From the NCBI GenBank assembly GCA_963665115.1, contig OY762007.1, positions 5,920,001 through 5,984,000 on the forward strand: a DNA stretch of 64,000 nt, given 5' to 3'. This DNA is from an uncultured Rivularia sp. GTDB taxonomy: Bacteria; Cyanobacteriota; Cyanobacteriia; Cyanobacteriales; Nostocaceae. Within the stretch, counting starts at the first letter, position 1; every line of letters starts with the position of its first letter. The position numbers and the translations under genes are program-made. A model generated the notes under the pieces. That model saw only the letters and a list, made by a program, of their open reading frames with translations. It had not been told where the DNA came from and searched no databases. This document shows, piece by piece, positions 1 to 10,132 of this stretch.

Positions 1-2
1 TG

Positions 3-1391
3 TTGATTTATTGGGGTAATAATTGGCAGAAATTCAGGGAAGTATTTGAAGACTATGGAGTGGTATATTTCCCAATTCCCCCTGTTGATAATGACCAGGT
101 GCTAGGGGAAAATATATCACTTAATAATTCCCCTAGCACCCGGATAGAAGATAAGAGCCAAACCCTTGGTAATAGTTCATCAACATCAAATTTTTCAAAT
201 ACTCAACTAAGTAATGATAATCAGGTGCTAGGGGGAAATATATCACTAACTAATTCCCCTAGCACCCGGATAGAAGGTGAAAGCCAAACCCTGGGTAATA
301 GTTCATCAACATCAAATCTTTCAAATGTTCAACTAAGTAATGATGACCAGGTGCTAGGGGGAAATATATCACTAACTAATTCCCCTAGCACCCGGATAGA
401 AGGTGAAAGCCAAACCCTGGGTAATAGTTCATCAACATCAAATCTTTCAAATGTTCAACTAAGTAATGATGACCAGGTGCTAGGGGGAAATATATCACTT
501 AACAATTCCCCTAGCACCCGGATAGAAGATAAGAGCCAAACCCTTGGTAATAGTTCATCAAATCTTTCAAATACTCAACTAAGTAATGATAATCAGGTGC
601 TAGGGGGAAATACATCACTTAACAATTCCCCTAGCACCCGGATAGAAGATAAGAGCCAAACCCTAGACAATAGTTCATCAACATCAAATCTTTCAAATGC
701 TCAACTAAGTAATGATGGCCAGGTGCTAGGGGGAAATATATTACTTAATAATTCCCCTAGCACCCGAATAGAAGGTGAAAGCCAAACCCTTGGTAATAGT
801 TCATCAAAGTTAAGTGATGCAAATACCCAAGTAAGTAATGATGACCAGGTGCTAGGGGGAAATATATTACCTAACAATTCCCCTAGCACCCGGATAAAAG
901 ATGAAAGCCAAACCTTTGTTAATAGCTCATCAACATCAAATTTTTCAAATGCTCAACTAAGTAATGATGACCAGGTGCTAGGGGGAAACATATCACTTAA
1001 CAATTCCCCTAACACCCAGATAGAAGATAACAGCCAAACCCCGGACAATACTTCATCAAAGTTAAGTCATGCAAATACTCAACTAAGTAATGATGAGCAG
1101 GTGCTAGGGGAAAATATATCACTCAACAATTCCCCTAGTACATATCGTAAACGTGGTGAGGGCAGCGGTAATATTTCTTGGGGTTATGCAAATGCTAATA
1201 GCACTAAGAAGAAACCAGTCAAACAGCTTTACTTCGAGTGGGAGTATATGGGTAAAAGAGGAAAGACTTATGTGCGATCGCATTTCAAGGAGCAAGTTAT
1301 TTCAATGAATGAAACGAAAGTTCCAGTTGTAGAGATATTGAATTTATTAACTTACAATTCAAAAGTAGCGCGTACTTTGGGTCTTAATTAA
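3..1391 (+). CDS. Tandem-repeat protein (9 x ~42-aa N/S-rich repeats) with short basic/aromatic C-terminal domain; 5' end may extend outside window
   Basis: ORF track; repeats DQVLGGNISLNNSPSTRIE...; C-terminal KRGEGSG...YFEWEYMGKRGKTYV. Confidence 0.7.
   Translation: MIYWGNNWQKFREVFEDYGVVYFPIPPVDNDQVLGENISLNNSPSTRIEDKSQTLGNSSSTSNFSNTQLSNDNQVLGGNISLTNSPSTRIEGESQTLGNSSSTSNLSNVQLSNDDQVLGGNISLTNSPSTRIEGESQTLGNSSSTSNLSNVQLSNDDQVLGGNISLNNSPSTRIEDKSQTLGNSSSNLSNTQLSNDNQVLGGNTSLNNSPSTRIEDKSQTLDNSSSTSNLSNAQLSNDGQVLGGNILLNNSPSTRIEGESQTLGNSSSKLSDANTQVSNDDQVLGGNILPNNSPSTRIKDESQTFVNSSSTSNFSNAQLSNDDQVLGGNISLNNSPNTQIEDNSQTPDNTSSKLSHANTQLSNDEQVLGENISLNNSPSTYRKRGEGSGNISWGYANANSTKKKPVKQLYFEWEYMGKRGKTYVRSHFKEQVISMNETKVPVVEILNLLTYNSKVARTLGLN
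98..1142. repeat. Tandem array of nine ~126-bp units, each carrying a ~13-bp inverted repeat GGTGCTAGGGG(A/G)A-N17-TTCCCCTAGCACC
   Basis: GGTGCTAGGG starts at 98, 224, 350, 476, 596, 722, 848, 974, 1100 (period 126, one 120). Confidence 0.95.
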
Positions 1392-1601
1392 TTAGTTTGA
1401 TACGCCGTTTCAATAAAAGTAATACTTCTAAAATTCAACAGAAAGCAATCTGTGCTTAAACTACCTATATCCCTCCTGAAATTTTATAGAACTCCAATCA
1501 ATAGTAAATTTACATTGACTCATCAATTATAGATAAATTTCCTTCTTATTGTTGGAAAAAAATATCCCTCAATATGGGATATATTATAGTATTTATAGTA
1601 A

Positions 1602-1868
1602 CTACTGTTGGACTTTTATTGAACGTACCAGGACACTGGTTACTTCTCCTGGATTGGAAGTTGGTAACAGCGGAGTCCAATCGCGTACATCTGCATAACC
1701 AAGTTGATTTAAAGCCTCAATTGTCGCTATTACCGCTTCTTTTGAGCCAATTAGAATATGTTTAATTTTTTCTGGCTCTGGATGTTGAGATATTATTGCT
1801 TGAGGACTGGCAATAGCTTTTTCTTGATTGCTTACATCAGCTAGGAAGTTACGATATTTTGACTTCAT
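1602..1868 (-). CDS. Small conserved cyanobacterial hypothetical protein
   Basis: 88-aa ORF; IKHILIGS...LGYA...WTPL pattern resembles a family I recall from Nostocales. Confidence 0.65.
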   Translation of the reverse strand: MKSKYRNFLADVSNQEKAIASPQAIISQHPEPEKIKHILIGSKEAVIATIEALNQLGYADVRDWTPLLPTSNPGEVTSVLVRSIKVQQ

Positions 1869-1937
1869 TGGTTACTTTACCTTTAGCTTGGACAGTAAAT
1901 TTCACTATTTATTCCCCGTAAGGGGTTTATTAGGAAA

Positions 1938-2040
1938 GGCAGTCGGCAGTCGGCAGTAGGCAGTGGATTAGAAAAGCAGGCTTTCGGGTAGCCTAAAAGG
2001 TTATTTATTACTACTGCCTACTGCCCACTTTCCACTGCCC
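1938..2040. repeat. STRR-like heptamer repeats (GGCAGTC/GGCAGTA and inverted TACTGCC/CACTGCC)
   Basis: ggcagtcggcagtcggcagtaggcagt at ~1938-1964; complementary actgcc units at ~2011-2040. Confidence 0.75.
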
Positions 2041-2285
2041 TTTATTAGCTGCAAATATTCTGTTTCTAAAGAATTATTAGTCCTGAAATACAGTCGAAAC
2101 GAACCGTCCCCATATTGCTTTAATCCTTGTTCACAGAAATGAATCTCTTGTCTTTGAAGCCATTTAATAATGCTTTCGTAATTATCACTCAAGAAAAGTG
2201 CAGGAAAGTAAATTCTTCCAGTCTTTACTCCTGTTTTTGGATGAGTAAATATTTGAAATTGCGGCTCACTTAAAACTTCAGCCAT
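2001..2285 (-). CDS. Hypothetical protein
   Basis: 94-aa ATG ORF co-oriented with neighbours. Confidence 0.6.
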   Translation of the reverse strand: MAEVLSEPQFQIFTHPKTGVKTGRIYFPALFLSDNYESIIKWLQRQEIHFCEQGLKQYGDGSFRLYFRTNNSLETEYLQLIKGSGKWAVGSSNK

Positions 2286-2319
2286 TAGTATTACCTTGTA
2301 AAATATTTATGTGACTTTG

Positions 2320-2358
2320 AAAGCTTGTGATAGATAAAGTTGATTTATCACAAGCTTT
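2320..2358. terminator. Intergenic hairpin AAAGCTTGTGATA-N13-TATCACAAGCTTT, likely terminator
   Basis: 13-bp inverted repeat just downstream of the minus-strand gene ending 2368. Confidence 0.55.
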
Positions 2359-2367
2359 CCTAAAGGA

Positions 2368-3160
2368 TTAATTAGATAGTGATTCGGAATATTTCACGAA
2401 GTTAGATATTTTCCAGTTCAATCCATGAACTCTGTCAGCAATGTTGGGCTTGTTAGATTTGCCATCACAAAGCATACAAGAAGAACATTTCACCCTATCA
2501 TCTTCGGTATGACGGCAAAGGATTTCGTTTTCACTCAAAGGAGCGTCAGGAGTGATGATTCTGAAAGTTCTCCAACCTTGATTTTGAGCTATACGAGCTT
2601 CCGACTCACTCTGTACAGAAGCCATTAAATATTTTTTCCAACGTTCGTCACATTTATTGCTATACCATCTATGTGTGTAGCCAGTATGCCCGCTTGATGC
2701 TCTTATTATCGGCTCCCAGACATCAAATGGTACTGCTGTAGGGGTCGCCCTTCGGGTTCGCAGTCGCCTGTGGAGGGAAACCCTCCTGCAGCGCTGTCTC
2801 ACCATAGGAACCAATTCTGATAGGATATCTATATCGTTTGATGATTTCGATTTCATTCGCGCTAAGTTTTGGATAATTACCTGCAAAGTATTTCCGGTAA
2901 ATGTTATTAACAGGGAGTAGATTAACGAAGCAGGCTCCTGTTTGACTCAATTTCAATGGGCAGTCTCCGCAAACTCCTCGATCCAATTCTTTCTTTGCAG
3001 CTTCGGTTGGTACAAAATTTTGTTGGATAATCCATGATTGTAATAAGTAACCTGTCTTGCGATTAGACGTGTGGTTGACAAATCCGGTTAAGATAAGAAC
3101 TATGGGAGAACCGTCAATCAAAGATGCTCCTTCCCAGACGATGTAACTATTTTTCAACAT
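2368..3160 (-). pseudogene. Cys-rich phage/plasmid protein (possible Fe-S/radical-SAM-like fold), with a 54-bp in-frame insert and a +1 frameshift at 2741-2744
   Basis: ORFs 2723..3244 and 2368..2886 join as IRIGSYG-[insert]-DPTAVPFDVW if one C is removed; CGDCPL-x5-C and C-x8-CxxCxxC motifs. Confidence 0.7.
2750..2803 (-). mobile_element. 54-bp palindromic dispersed repeat inserted in frame
   Basis: GC-rich GGTGAGACAGCGCTGCAGGAGGGTTTCCCTCCACAGGCGACTGCGAACCCGAAG with internal hairpin GGAGGG-TTT-CCCTCC, adding 18 codons at G-D-P. Confidence 0.75.
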
Positions 3161-3298
3161 AGTAATAGCGGAAAATGATTTTGAATTTTCTGAAGCGAAA
3201 AATGGTTGAAGTGATGATGTATTTGAAATAATTTTCGACAACAAAAAGGGGAATAAAATCTGCTTTATCCCCCTTTAATTCCGTTTATAATGCCAGTA

Positions 3299-3676
3299 TT
3301 AATTCTCAGCTTTCATTTGAGGATTAACACTTGCATTTATACGAGCAGCATATTCTCGTCTGCGCTGCCAAGATAACTCGTTTAGTACGATTAAATCTTC
3401 TTTGGTTTTACCGAATTTACGATAAGCGAATTCAAGCAATTGTTCAAGAGAATAGCGCTTTTCTTCTACTTTTCCAAAATCACTTGCGAAGCGCTCTTTA
3501 AATACATCCCAATTGAAATATTGGAAACTATTTTTAGCAAGAAGTCCACATAAGGAGCGTATTGAATAGTAGACTTTTGAGTAGAGTCTTTCTGAGTAAT
3601 CGCTAACTGAGTACTCGCCTAAAACAGAATCATCAATTGCTTGAAATTTTGGTGTAGAATATTTACGTTTAGCCAT
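3299..3676 (-). CDS. Hypothetical protein
   Basis: 125-aa ATG ORF, AGGAG RBS upstream. Confidence 0.65.
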   Translation of the reverse strand: MAKRKYSTPKFQAIDDSVLGEYSVSDYSERLYSKVYYSIRSLCGLLAKNSFQYFNWDVFKERFASDFGKVEEKRYSLEQLLEFAYRKFGKTKEDLIVLNELSWQRRREYAARINASVNPQMKAEN

Positions 3677-3731
3677 GAGGTAGATTTCTCCTAATTATTT
3701 CATTGTCCTCTGAGCGTAAGCTCTTAGCCAA

Positions 3732-3977
3732 TTACCACCAACAGGAATCATGATAATCTGACATTAAATCCTTGATTTCACAGTTATGCTGATAATCGAT
3801 TTCTAACTGTTGTAAATCTGTATCTGAAACTAAATTTTTCAGTTCCTGTATCATTTCTCTCAGATGATTATCATCGCTAACACCTGAGTAGTAAATTTTG
3901 ATGAATTTATCAGCTTTTGTCATGAATTGTTCGAGGTTTGTAACGAATACCTGCTCTGAATTTACTGCCTGAATCAT
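3732..3977 (-). CDS. Hypothetical protein
   Basis: 81-aa ATG ORF in same operon. Confidence 0.55.
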   Translation of the reverse strand: MIQAVNSEQVFVTNLEQFMTKADKFIKIYYSGVSDDNHLREMIQELKNLVSDTDLQQLEIDYQHNCEIKDLMSDYHDSCWW

Positions 3978-4007
3978 GATTCTTTCCTATGAACTACTTG
4001 AAGCGAT

Positions 4008-4370
4008 TTAGTACTCGTTTGGAAGCATTAAAACTTTTTCAACCAGATAGAGCTTGATGTGGTTTAACGGAAAATCTGTATATTCAATTTCTTGTCGTAA
4101 TACTTCTTGATTCGTATCCCATTCACATATCAAAACACCGGAATTATCTTGAACTTGTAAATGCCAGATTTGAAATTCTTTTAACTTCGGATTTGATAGA
4201 AATTGATTTGTTTGATGTGAAGCGATTGCATCTAACAGCCAATAACAATTAGTTTCTTCGGCTAGGTATTGGATACCCTCAGCATATTTCAAGCCGAGCC
4301 AGTGTTTGTAGAGAGTTGCTGAACCATAAAATTGGTTTAGCTCGCTGGCTATTTCTTGAGGAGTTTTCAT
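4008..4370 (-). CDS. DUF6876-like mobile-element protein
   Basis: F.GS..LYKH, YWLLDAIASHQ, YTDFPL, C-terminal MLPNEY motifs. Confidence 0.75.
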   Translation of the reverse strand: MKTPQEIASELNQFYGSATLYKHWLGLKYAEGIQYLAEETNCYWLLDAIASHQTNQFLSNPKLKEFQIWHLQVQDNSGVLICEWDTNQEVLRQEIEYTDFPLNHIKLYLVEKVLMLPNEY

Positions 4371-4402
4371 TTTTTCAAATTCCTGATTTTACGGACTTCA
4401 CG

Positions 4403-4440
4403 TGAAGTCTTGCGGGGGAATCTTCCCCCGCAGAGCTTCA
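4403..4440. promoter_or_regulatory. GC-rich palindrome upstream of the small-gene operon
   Basis: TGAAGTCTTGCGGGGGAA-TC-TTCCCCCGCAGAGCTTCA. Confidence 0.45.
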
Positions 4441-4590
4441 CAACTTCATCGGCGTGAGCCGTAAAACGATAACTGCTGATAACAGATACCAGCAGTTGGG
4501 AAAAATTTATTTGTTATTAGCTAATTACAAAAGTTTTTATGATGTGGTTTTAATTGATTATTTATATCAATTTTTTATAAAACACGATTT

Positions 4591-6855
4591 TCACTTACCA
4601 ATTCCGCTTAAAAGTGACTTAACTAATAACCGCAATCTGTTCATTATTAAAGATGTACCCCCATCGCTGTAAACTTTTTTAAGTTTATTCACTAGAAGAG
4701 AAAGTATTTCCATACCCGTCATATTAATATTGAGTTCAATTATGTTTTGTGACGGATTTTCCCACAGCCAAGATGCACCATTTTGATTTAATAAATGATA
4801 AATCTCTGCGCCATAATCTTGGTACAATTGAGGGTGTTCTTGAGCAATTAACTCGTAAAGATAAAGTAGTTGCTCGCGATTGCTTTGTTGCAAACGTGAA
4901 TCGGAGCGAATGCGATAAAAGTAATGCAATTCGGGAATTACAACTCCCAACCATCCCCCCTCGCAGATATTAACCCAGCATTCGTAATCTTCTAAGTTTT
5001 CTGCCAATAAAGATTTCATGCCACCACTAGCAAGGTAAACGGCTTTTCGTACTACGGTACAAACACCAAGGGTGTTGTGGCAAAGTAAATAAGGAAATTC
5101 TGTATTCCAAGCTACCCAAACTTTTTCGGAATCACCAAATTCTTTAATCCAGGAAGCGACGAAACCCACATTCTCGTACTGTTGCAAAACTGATGCTGCT
5201 TGGGTGTAAAAAGTTGGAGAAACTTTATCGTCTGCGTCAAGGAAAGCAATGTATTCTCCTGTTGCAATTTCTGCCATTTTGTTTCTGGCTGTGGCTACTC
5301 CTAAGTTTTCGGAGTGAAGAATTTTTAGGTTACTATACTGTTGTTCTACTATTGCTAGAGTTTCTAAGCTTTTTTTGTTAGTACTACCGTCATTGAGAAG
5401 AATTACTTCTATATCTGCATAAGTTGAGGCAAATACAGAATTGAGCGTTTCCTGGATATAGCGATCGCAGTTATAAAAAGGAATGCAAACAGATATTTTA
5501 CCTTGAATGCCGGTGCTTTCGTTTAATTTGAGAGGAGGGTATGAAATTTTACCGTGAGGTGGGTAGTTCAAGGAAGGAAAAACATTTCGTTTTTTATGTT
5601 TATCTTGCTCAATAATCTTTTGAAAATGGGTTATACGTTTGGATAATACGTTTTCATGTCCCGATTTTTCTAATATTATTCGACGTGCTTTTTCTCCTAA
5701 TTCTAATATTTCAGTAGTTGAATAGTTCAGAATTTTCTTTAATTTTCTATCAAAATCGTTATTTATCTGCCAATCAAAAATTACACCACCAACACTTGTT
5801 GCTGTTTGTAACATTTCTACATGACCGACTCCCGATGAAGCTAAAATTGCTTTGCCTAAAAGCATGGATTCCAAACAAGTATTAGCATAGTTTTCCCAAA
5901 GTGAGGGAAGTACTATGCACCATGCTTTCTTGATTCGTTCGTACAGTTTTGGTTGGGGGAGAGGGGGAAGAATTGTAAGTCTACCCGAATTTATATGCTG
6001 ACGATATTTTTCTGTTAAGTAAGCTTTCATGTAACAACCTTGGAGATGATACAAAGTATCGCCACCAATAGCTGTAAGATTAAAATCAACCCCTGCTTCC
6101 CACATTCGATTACAAGCTTCTAATAAGGGGATGATACCTTTTCTGACTTCTAACCTGCCAAAGTAAACTATATCTTTTGGTGTAGGTGAGGATAATGGTA
6201 ATTGCTGTTTGTCTAAAAGTAGCTTCTGTGCTGGTAAAGGGATAATCTCAATATCAAGGTTGGGATTTAAAGCTGTTTTTACTTGCTTGGCAATGTACTC
6301 GGTGGGAGCAATAATTCCGTCAGCAGCGAGAGTACAAAACTTCTCCATCCTTCCTACCCAGTAGTCACTAAGATGAAATCCTGGCATTTTGCTGGCAGGA
6401 TATAGCAAGTATTGGGAACTGTGTAGGTTAAGGATGATAGGTACTCCCTGCAATTCTAAGCAGCCTAATAATTTTTTCTGAAGTAAGAAATAGGCTATCC
6501 CACTATAATCTTCGCTTTCAATGGCATCAGGTTTTCCGTGAATGCGGATATAATTAATAACTTCGTTTGCTAATTGATAACTAAGCGCTCCCCAGTAACC
6601 CATTACGTTATATGGAAATGATGGATGGGTTTGGGAACGTGGATGCGTTTTTGTATTGCTAAAAAATGAAGTATCTTTAGGAGCTATTTTAATAAATTTA
6701 AGTTTATCTGTTGATTCTATTCCCGCTTTTTCGCTACGGGTAAAAACAGTGATATCGTGTCCTGCATCTGAGAACATTGTAGATGTATTGCCGACATAAG
6801 TAGCAATACCACCGGGAACTGGAGGACATTCGCTAGCAATCAAAAATAGTTTCAT
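4591..6855 (-). CDS. Two-domain glycosyltransferase (GT4 + GT2)
   Basis: GGIATY, FGRLEVRKG, SLWENYANTCLE (GT4); ISVCIP.YN, LNDGS, FLDADD (GT2); likely start ATG 6855. Confidence 0.9.
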   Translation of the reverse strand: MKLFLIASECPPVPGGIATYVGNTSTMFSDAGHDITVFTRSEKAGIESTDKLKFIKIAPKDTSFFSNTKTHPRSQTHPSFPYNVMGYWGALSYQLANEVINYIRIHGKPDAIESEDYSGIAYFLLQKKLLGCLELQGVPIILNLHSSQYLLYPASKMPGFHLSDYWVGRMEKFCTLAADGIIAPTEYIAKQVKTALNPNLDIEIIPLPAQKLLLDKQQLPLSSPTPKDIVYFGRLEVRKGIIPLLEACNRMWEAGVDFNLTAIGGDTLYHLQGCYMKAYLTEKYRQHINSGRLTILPPLPQPKLYERIKKAWCIVLPSLWENYANTCLESMLLGKAILASSGVGHVEMLQTATSVGGVIFDWQINNDFDRKLKKILNYSTTEILELGEKARRIILEKSGHENVLSKRITHFQKIIEQDKHKKRNVFPSLNYPPHGKISYPPLKLNESTGIQGKISVCIPFYNCDRYIQETLNSVFASTYADIEVILLNDGSTNKKSLETLAIVEQQYSNLKILHSENLGVATARNKMAEIATGEYIAFLDADDKVSPTFYTQAASVLQQYENVGFVASWIKEFGDSEKVWVAWNTEFPYLLCHNTLGVCTVVRKAVYLASGGMKSLLAENLEDYECWVNICEGGWLGVVIPELHYFYRIRSDSRLQQSNREQLLYLYELIAQEHPQLYQDYGAEIYHLLNQNGASWLWENPSQNIIELNINMTGMEILSLLVNKLKKVYSDGGTSLIMNRLRLLVKSLLSGIGK

Positions 6856-6859
6856 AAAC

Positions 6860-9175
6860 CTAAATTTCTTCCTCAATAGTTAAGTGAAGGAAGCGCTTTA
6901 AATTAAACCATTGTTTTCTCAACTTCCAGAACTTAGATGATTCCATCGCACGTTTTTTCCAAGATAATTCGTGTCTTTCTTCTTTTAATAAACAGTTCTC
7001 TTGCCACAACTTATTTAACAGTTGTTCTTGGTGCAGATATTCGAGCGCTATTAATAATGTTTCTTCAGCCATTGCTAAGTTAACTTCTAAGTGTGGATTT
7101 AATTCCCCATTGCAATTCCAACCTTCTTCCTTCTTCTTTCTTCCTTCAACATCCGTTTTAATAGCTTCTGTAAATATCTCCTCCATTTGGTCAGCCATTT
7201 GTGCCAATGAAAATGAATCAACAACGCGCTGACGTGCTTGCAAACCAATTTTATGACGTAATTGTTGATTTTGAATCAGCGGTAGCAAGATTTGTAAATA
7301 TGAATTGACTTCTTGTTCATCACTATCACCTTTAGCTACTAAAAAACCTGTTTCGGTTGTGACTAACTCTGCTTGTCCCCCCACATCAGCAGCAACAACA
7401 GGTAGCTGCATCGACATAGCTTCGTAAATTGCGAGAGAAATGCCTTCATAAGCTGAAGGTAACAGTAAAATATCTGCTGCTGAGTAAAACCCCAACATTT
7501 CGGTAGAAGCAACGCTCGAAAGTATGTGAAAGTAATCATTTAGACCCAGTTGATTGATTTTAGCCTGCATGGTGGTTAACAAGTCCCCATCACCGATTAC
7601 TATGACTGAGATGCAAGTATTTATGGGTAGATTATCAATTAAAGCTTTGATAATATCAACTAAAAATAAAGGGCGTTTTTGTTCGACAATGCGTGCGGGA
7701 AATAGCAAGACAATTGTATCTTCTGTTATTTTTAGCTGTAACCGTATGTCTTTACGTTTGTGGCTGTTGTGAACCCAATATTCTGTATCTACATTGGTGT
7801 AGCAAGTTTTAATTTTTCCCTCTTTAAATGAGTTTGTACTTTGATAGTAATCGGCTAATAATTTAGAAGTAACAATTTGATAATCTAAAAATTGACTAAA
7901 TTGGCAAGAAACTCTAGGATATCCGATTCCTCGCCAATTAGGGTCAAAAGTATGAGTAAAATCCATCAAAGCAATATGAGGAAATTCTTGACTTAGGAAA
8001 GGTAAAAAGTAGTAAGCAATATAGGAATTAGAGATAAAAACAATATCAATTTGTCGCGATTCTATAATATATTTTGTAAATGCTAACCAGTGACAATCAT
8101 TAAGAATGTTTGGTAAATGAAAGATATCTGGAGTAATAGCATAAAAGTATTGATACCAGGGGTGGGTTGATTCTAATGTTGTGACGATTGTAAAATCATA
8201 ACCGCGATTTGTAAGCAGGGAAACTAGGTCTAAATTAAACTTGTCCGCTCCACCAACCTCTAAATGAGGAAAAAAACAAAGGACACGTTTGCTCTCCTTA
8301 TCGCGTTTAAGTGGATTTTTAACTGTAATTTGCTTGCGGATTTGACCGACATCGAAATTATCTCTTTTAATTTCGCTATTATCTAAACCGTTTTGAAAAA
8401 AGCTTTGATAGCGAGATTGAATTAAATTTGTAACTCGTTTTTCTTCAGGAGTATTTTTACGAGAAGTTTCTAACAAACCAGAATCAAGACGACGGTAACA
8501 ATCCAAATATTCAGGAATTGTCCAACCTTTTTGGTGATTGGTTATTGCTTTTAACCACCTTTCCCAATCTTCATAAAATCTCAAGTCTTCATCAAATCCA
8601 CCCAAGCTGTCAAAATCGGATTTTCGATATAGCAATCTACCCGTAACCCAATTTTGCTCTAAAAAGCGTGCGGGTTGATCGAAACCATGATTCCACCAGT
8701 ATTCTTGAGTTTGAAAACCAACTGAGTAGGAATTAACAAAGGAAAACTCTGGATGTGTTTCCAAAAATAGTACGCATTTCTCGATGTAAGTAGAGTCTAT
8801 CAAGTCATCTAAGTCCATGAAAAACAAGTATTTACCAGTTGCGTGGGTAATAGCTGTGTTCCTACCTGCTGCTACTCCCCTGTTAGTCGGATGCTGCAAA
8901 GTTTTAATCTTACCGTATTTTTGGGGTAAAGATTGAAACAAAGCAATCGCTTCTGGTTCGGTTGAGCGATCATCAACAATTATCCATTCAAAATTTTGGA
9001 ATGTTTGATTAATTATGGATTGATAAGTGGGTTCAAAATACCTATGGGCGTTAAAGAACGAAGAAATAATTGATACAACTGGTTGACAACGTTCTGAACC
9101 ATAAAATTTCCATTTCCTTGCTTGCAACACCTGGATAAATTCGCTGACAGTAGAAAAAGGTGTAACTGTAGACAT
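6860..9175 (-). CDS. Two-domain glycosyltransferase (GT2 + GT4)
   Basis: IVDDRS, FMDLDD, YEDW; GGAD, PARIVEQK, EGISLAIYEAMS. Confidence 0.9.
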   Translation of the reverse strand: MSTVTPFSTVSEFIQVLQARKWKFYGSERCQPVVSIISSFFNAHRYFEPTYQSIINQTFQNFEWIIVDDRSTEPEAIALFQSLPQKYGKIKTLQHPTNRGVAAGRNTAITHATGKYLFFMDLDDLIDSTYIEKCVLFLETHPEFSFVNSYSVGFQTQEYWWNHGFDQPARFLEQNWVTGRLLYRKSDFDSLGGFDEDLRFYEDWERWLKAITNHQKGWTIPEYLDCYRRLDSGLLETSRKNTPEEKRVTNLIQSRYQSFFQNGLDNSEIKRDNFDVGQIRKQITVKNPLKRDKESKRVLCFFPHLEVGGADKFNLDLVSLLTNRGYDFTIVTTLESTHPWYQYFYAITPDIFHLPNILNDCHWLAFTKYIIESRQIDIVFISNSYIAYYFLPFLSQEFPHIALMDFTHTFDPNWRGIGYPRVSCQFSQFLDYQIVTSKLLADYYQSTNSFKEGKIKTCYTNVDTEYWVHNSHKRKDIRLQLKITEDTIVLLFPARIVEQKRPLFLVDIIKALIDNLPINTCISVIVIGDGDLLTTMQAKINQLGLNDYFHILSSVASTEMLGFYSAADILLLPSAYEGISLAIYEAMSMQLPVVAADVGGQAELVTTETGFLVAKGDSDEQEVNSYLQILLPLIQNQQLRHKIGLQARQRVVDSFSLAQMADQMEEIFTEAIKTDVEGRKKKEEGWNCNGELNPHLEVNLAMAEETLLIALEYLHQEQLLNKLWQENCLLKEERHELSWKKRAMESSKFWKLRKQWFNLKRFLHLTIEEEI

Positions 9176-9343
9176 AAAATAAGCGAACTGTTAGGATTTA
9201 CCTCTATTGTTAGTTGCTTGCTCGCCTTAGAATCAAATTTCTAGGCTAATAGCCACTATGTATTTAAAACTACTAAGTTCTAAATGGTACTTCAGAAATA
9301 TTATTTGGCAAGCATTCTTAAAATTTGTATACAATTATAAAGT

Positions 9344-10132
9344 ATGAAAAATTACTTCATAGTTAAGAATCTTTATAAGTATAGACGCTACATTTTTTAC
9401 AATGCTTGGTATGAATTGCGTTATCGCTATGCTGGTACGGGTATAGGTATCCTTTGGAATATTATTAATCCCCTGTGCGAAATTCTGATTTACACAGTTG
9501 TATTTTCTTTGCTACTCTCTCGTGGTGCGAGGGGGAGTTCTTATGCTTTATACTTGATGGCTGGACTACTACCGTGGCGGACATTTGTAGAAACTATTAC
9601 TCAAGGTAGTAATGCTTTTGTGCAAAATTCTATTTATCTGCGACGTTTAGCAATTCCTTCTGAGGTTTTCGTGGCTAAAGTCACTTTAACTTCTTTATTT
9701 TTACTGTTTATTTACCTAGCTTTAGTGCTTCCTGTTGGTGTTTTGCTGGGGGAAAATTTAGGTTTTGGAATATTGCTTTTACCAGTATTGGCAGTACTTT
9801 TACACGGATTAGGTTTTGGGATGGGGTTAATTTTAGCTAACCTACAAACTCTTTTTCCTGATGTCAAGCAGATATTACAATTTCTGATTCCGCTATGGAG
9901 TTGGGTAATACCTATTTTTTATCCAGAATCTGTTATTCCCAAAAATATTTTACCTTGGCTTTATCTTAATCCACCTTATGCATATATTAAGTCAGTTCGT
10001 GACTTGATTTTAGAAAACAAAATGCCAGGATTATATGTTTGGCTAATTATGATTGGCTGGCTATGTTTATTTGTGTGGTTAGGTAATGCAATGAATCAAG
10101 CACTTCAAGATGAAATTAAAGATGTAATATGA
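9344..10132 (+). CDS. wzm: ABC-2 polysaccharide exporter permease
   Basis: RYAGTGIGILWNIINPL, six hydrophobic segments, PIFYP, LNP. Confidence 0.9.
   Translation: MKNYFIVKNLYKYRRYIFYNAWYELRYRYAGTGIGILWNIINPLCEILIYTVVFSLLLSRGARGSSYALYLMAGLLPWRTFVETITQGSNAFVQNSIYLRRLAIPSEVFVAKVTLTSLFLLFIYLALVLPVGVLLGENLGFGILLLPVLAVLLHGLGFGMGLILANLQTLFPDVKQILQFLIPLWSWVIPIFYPESVIPKNILPWLYLNPPYAYIKSVRDLILENKMPGLYVWLIMIGWLCLFVWLGNAMNQALQDEIKDVI

Noticed and set aside
98..1142. Palindromic repeat array as CRISPR
   Set aside because: Inter-palindrome segments are homologous to each other rather than unique spacers, the unit is 126 bp and in frame, and no cas genes are present
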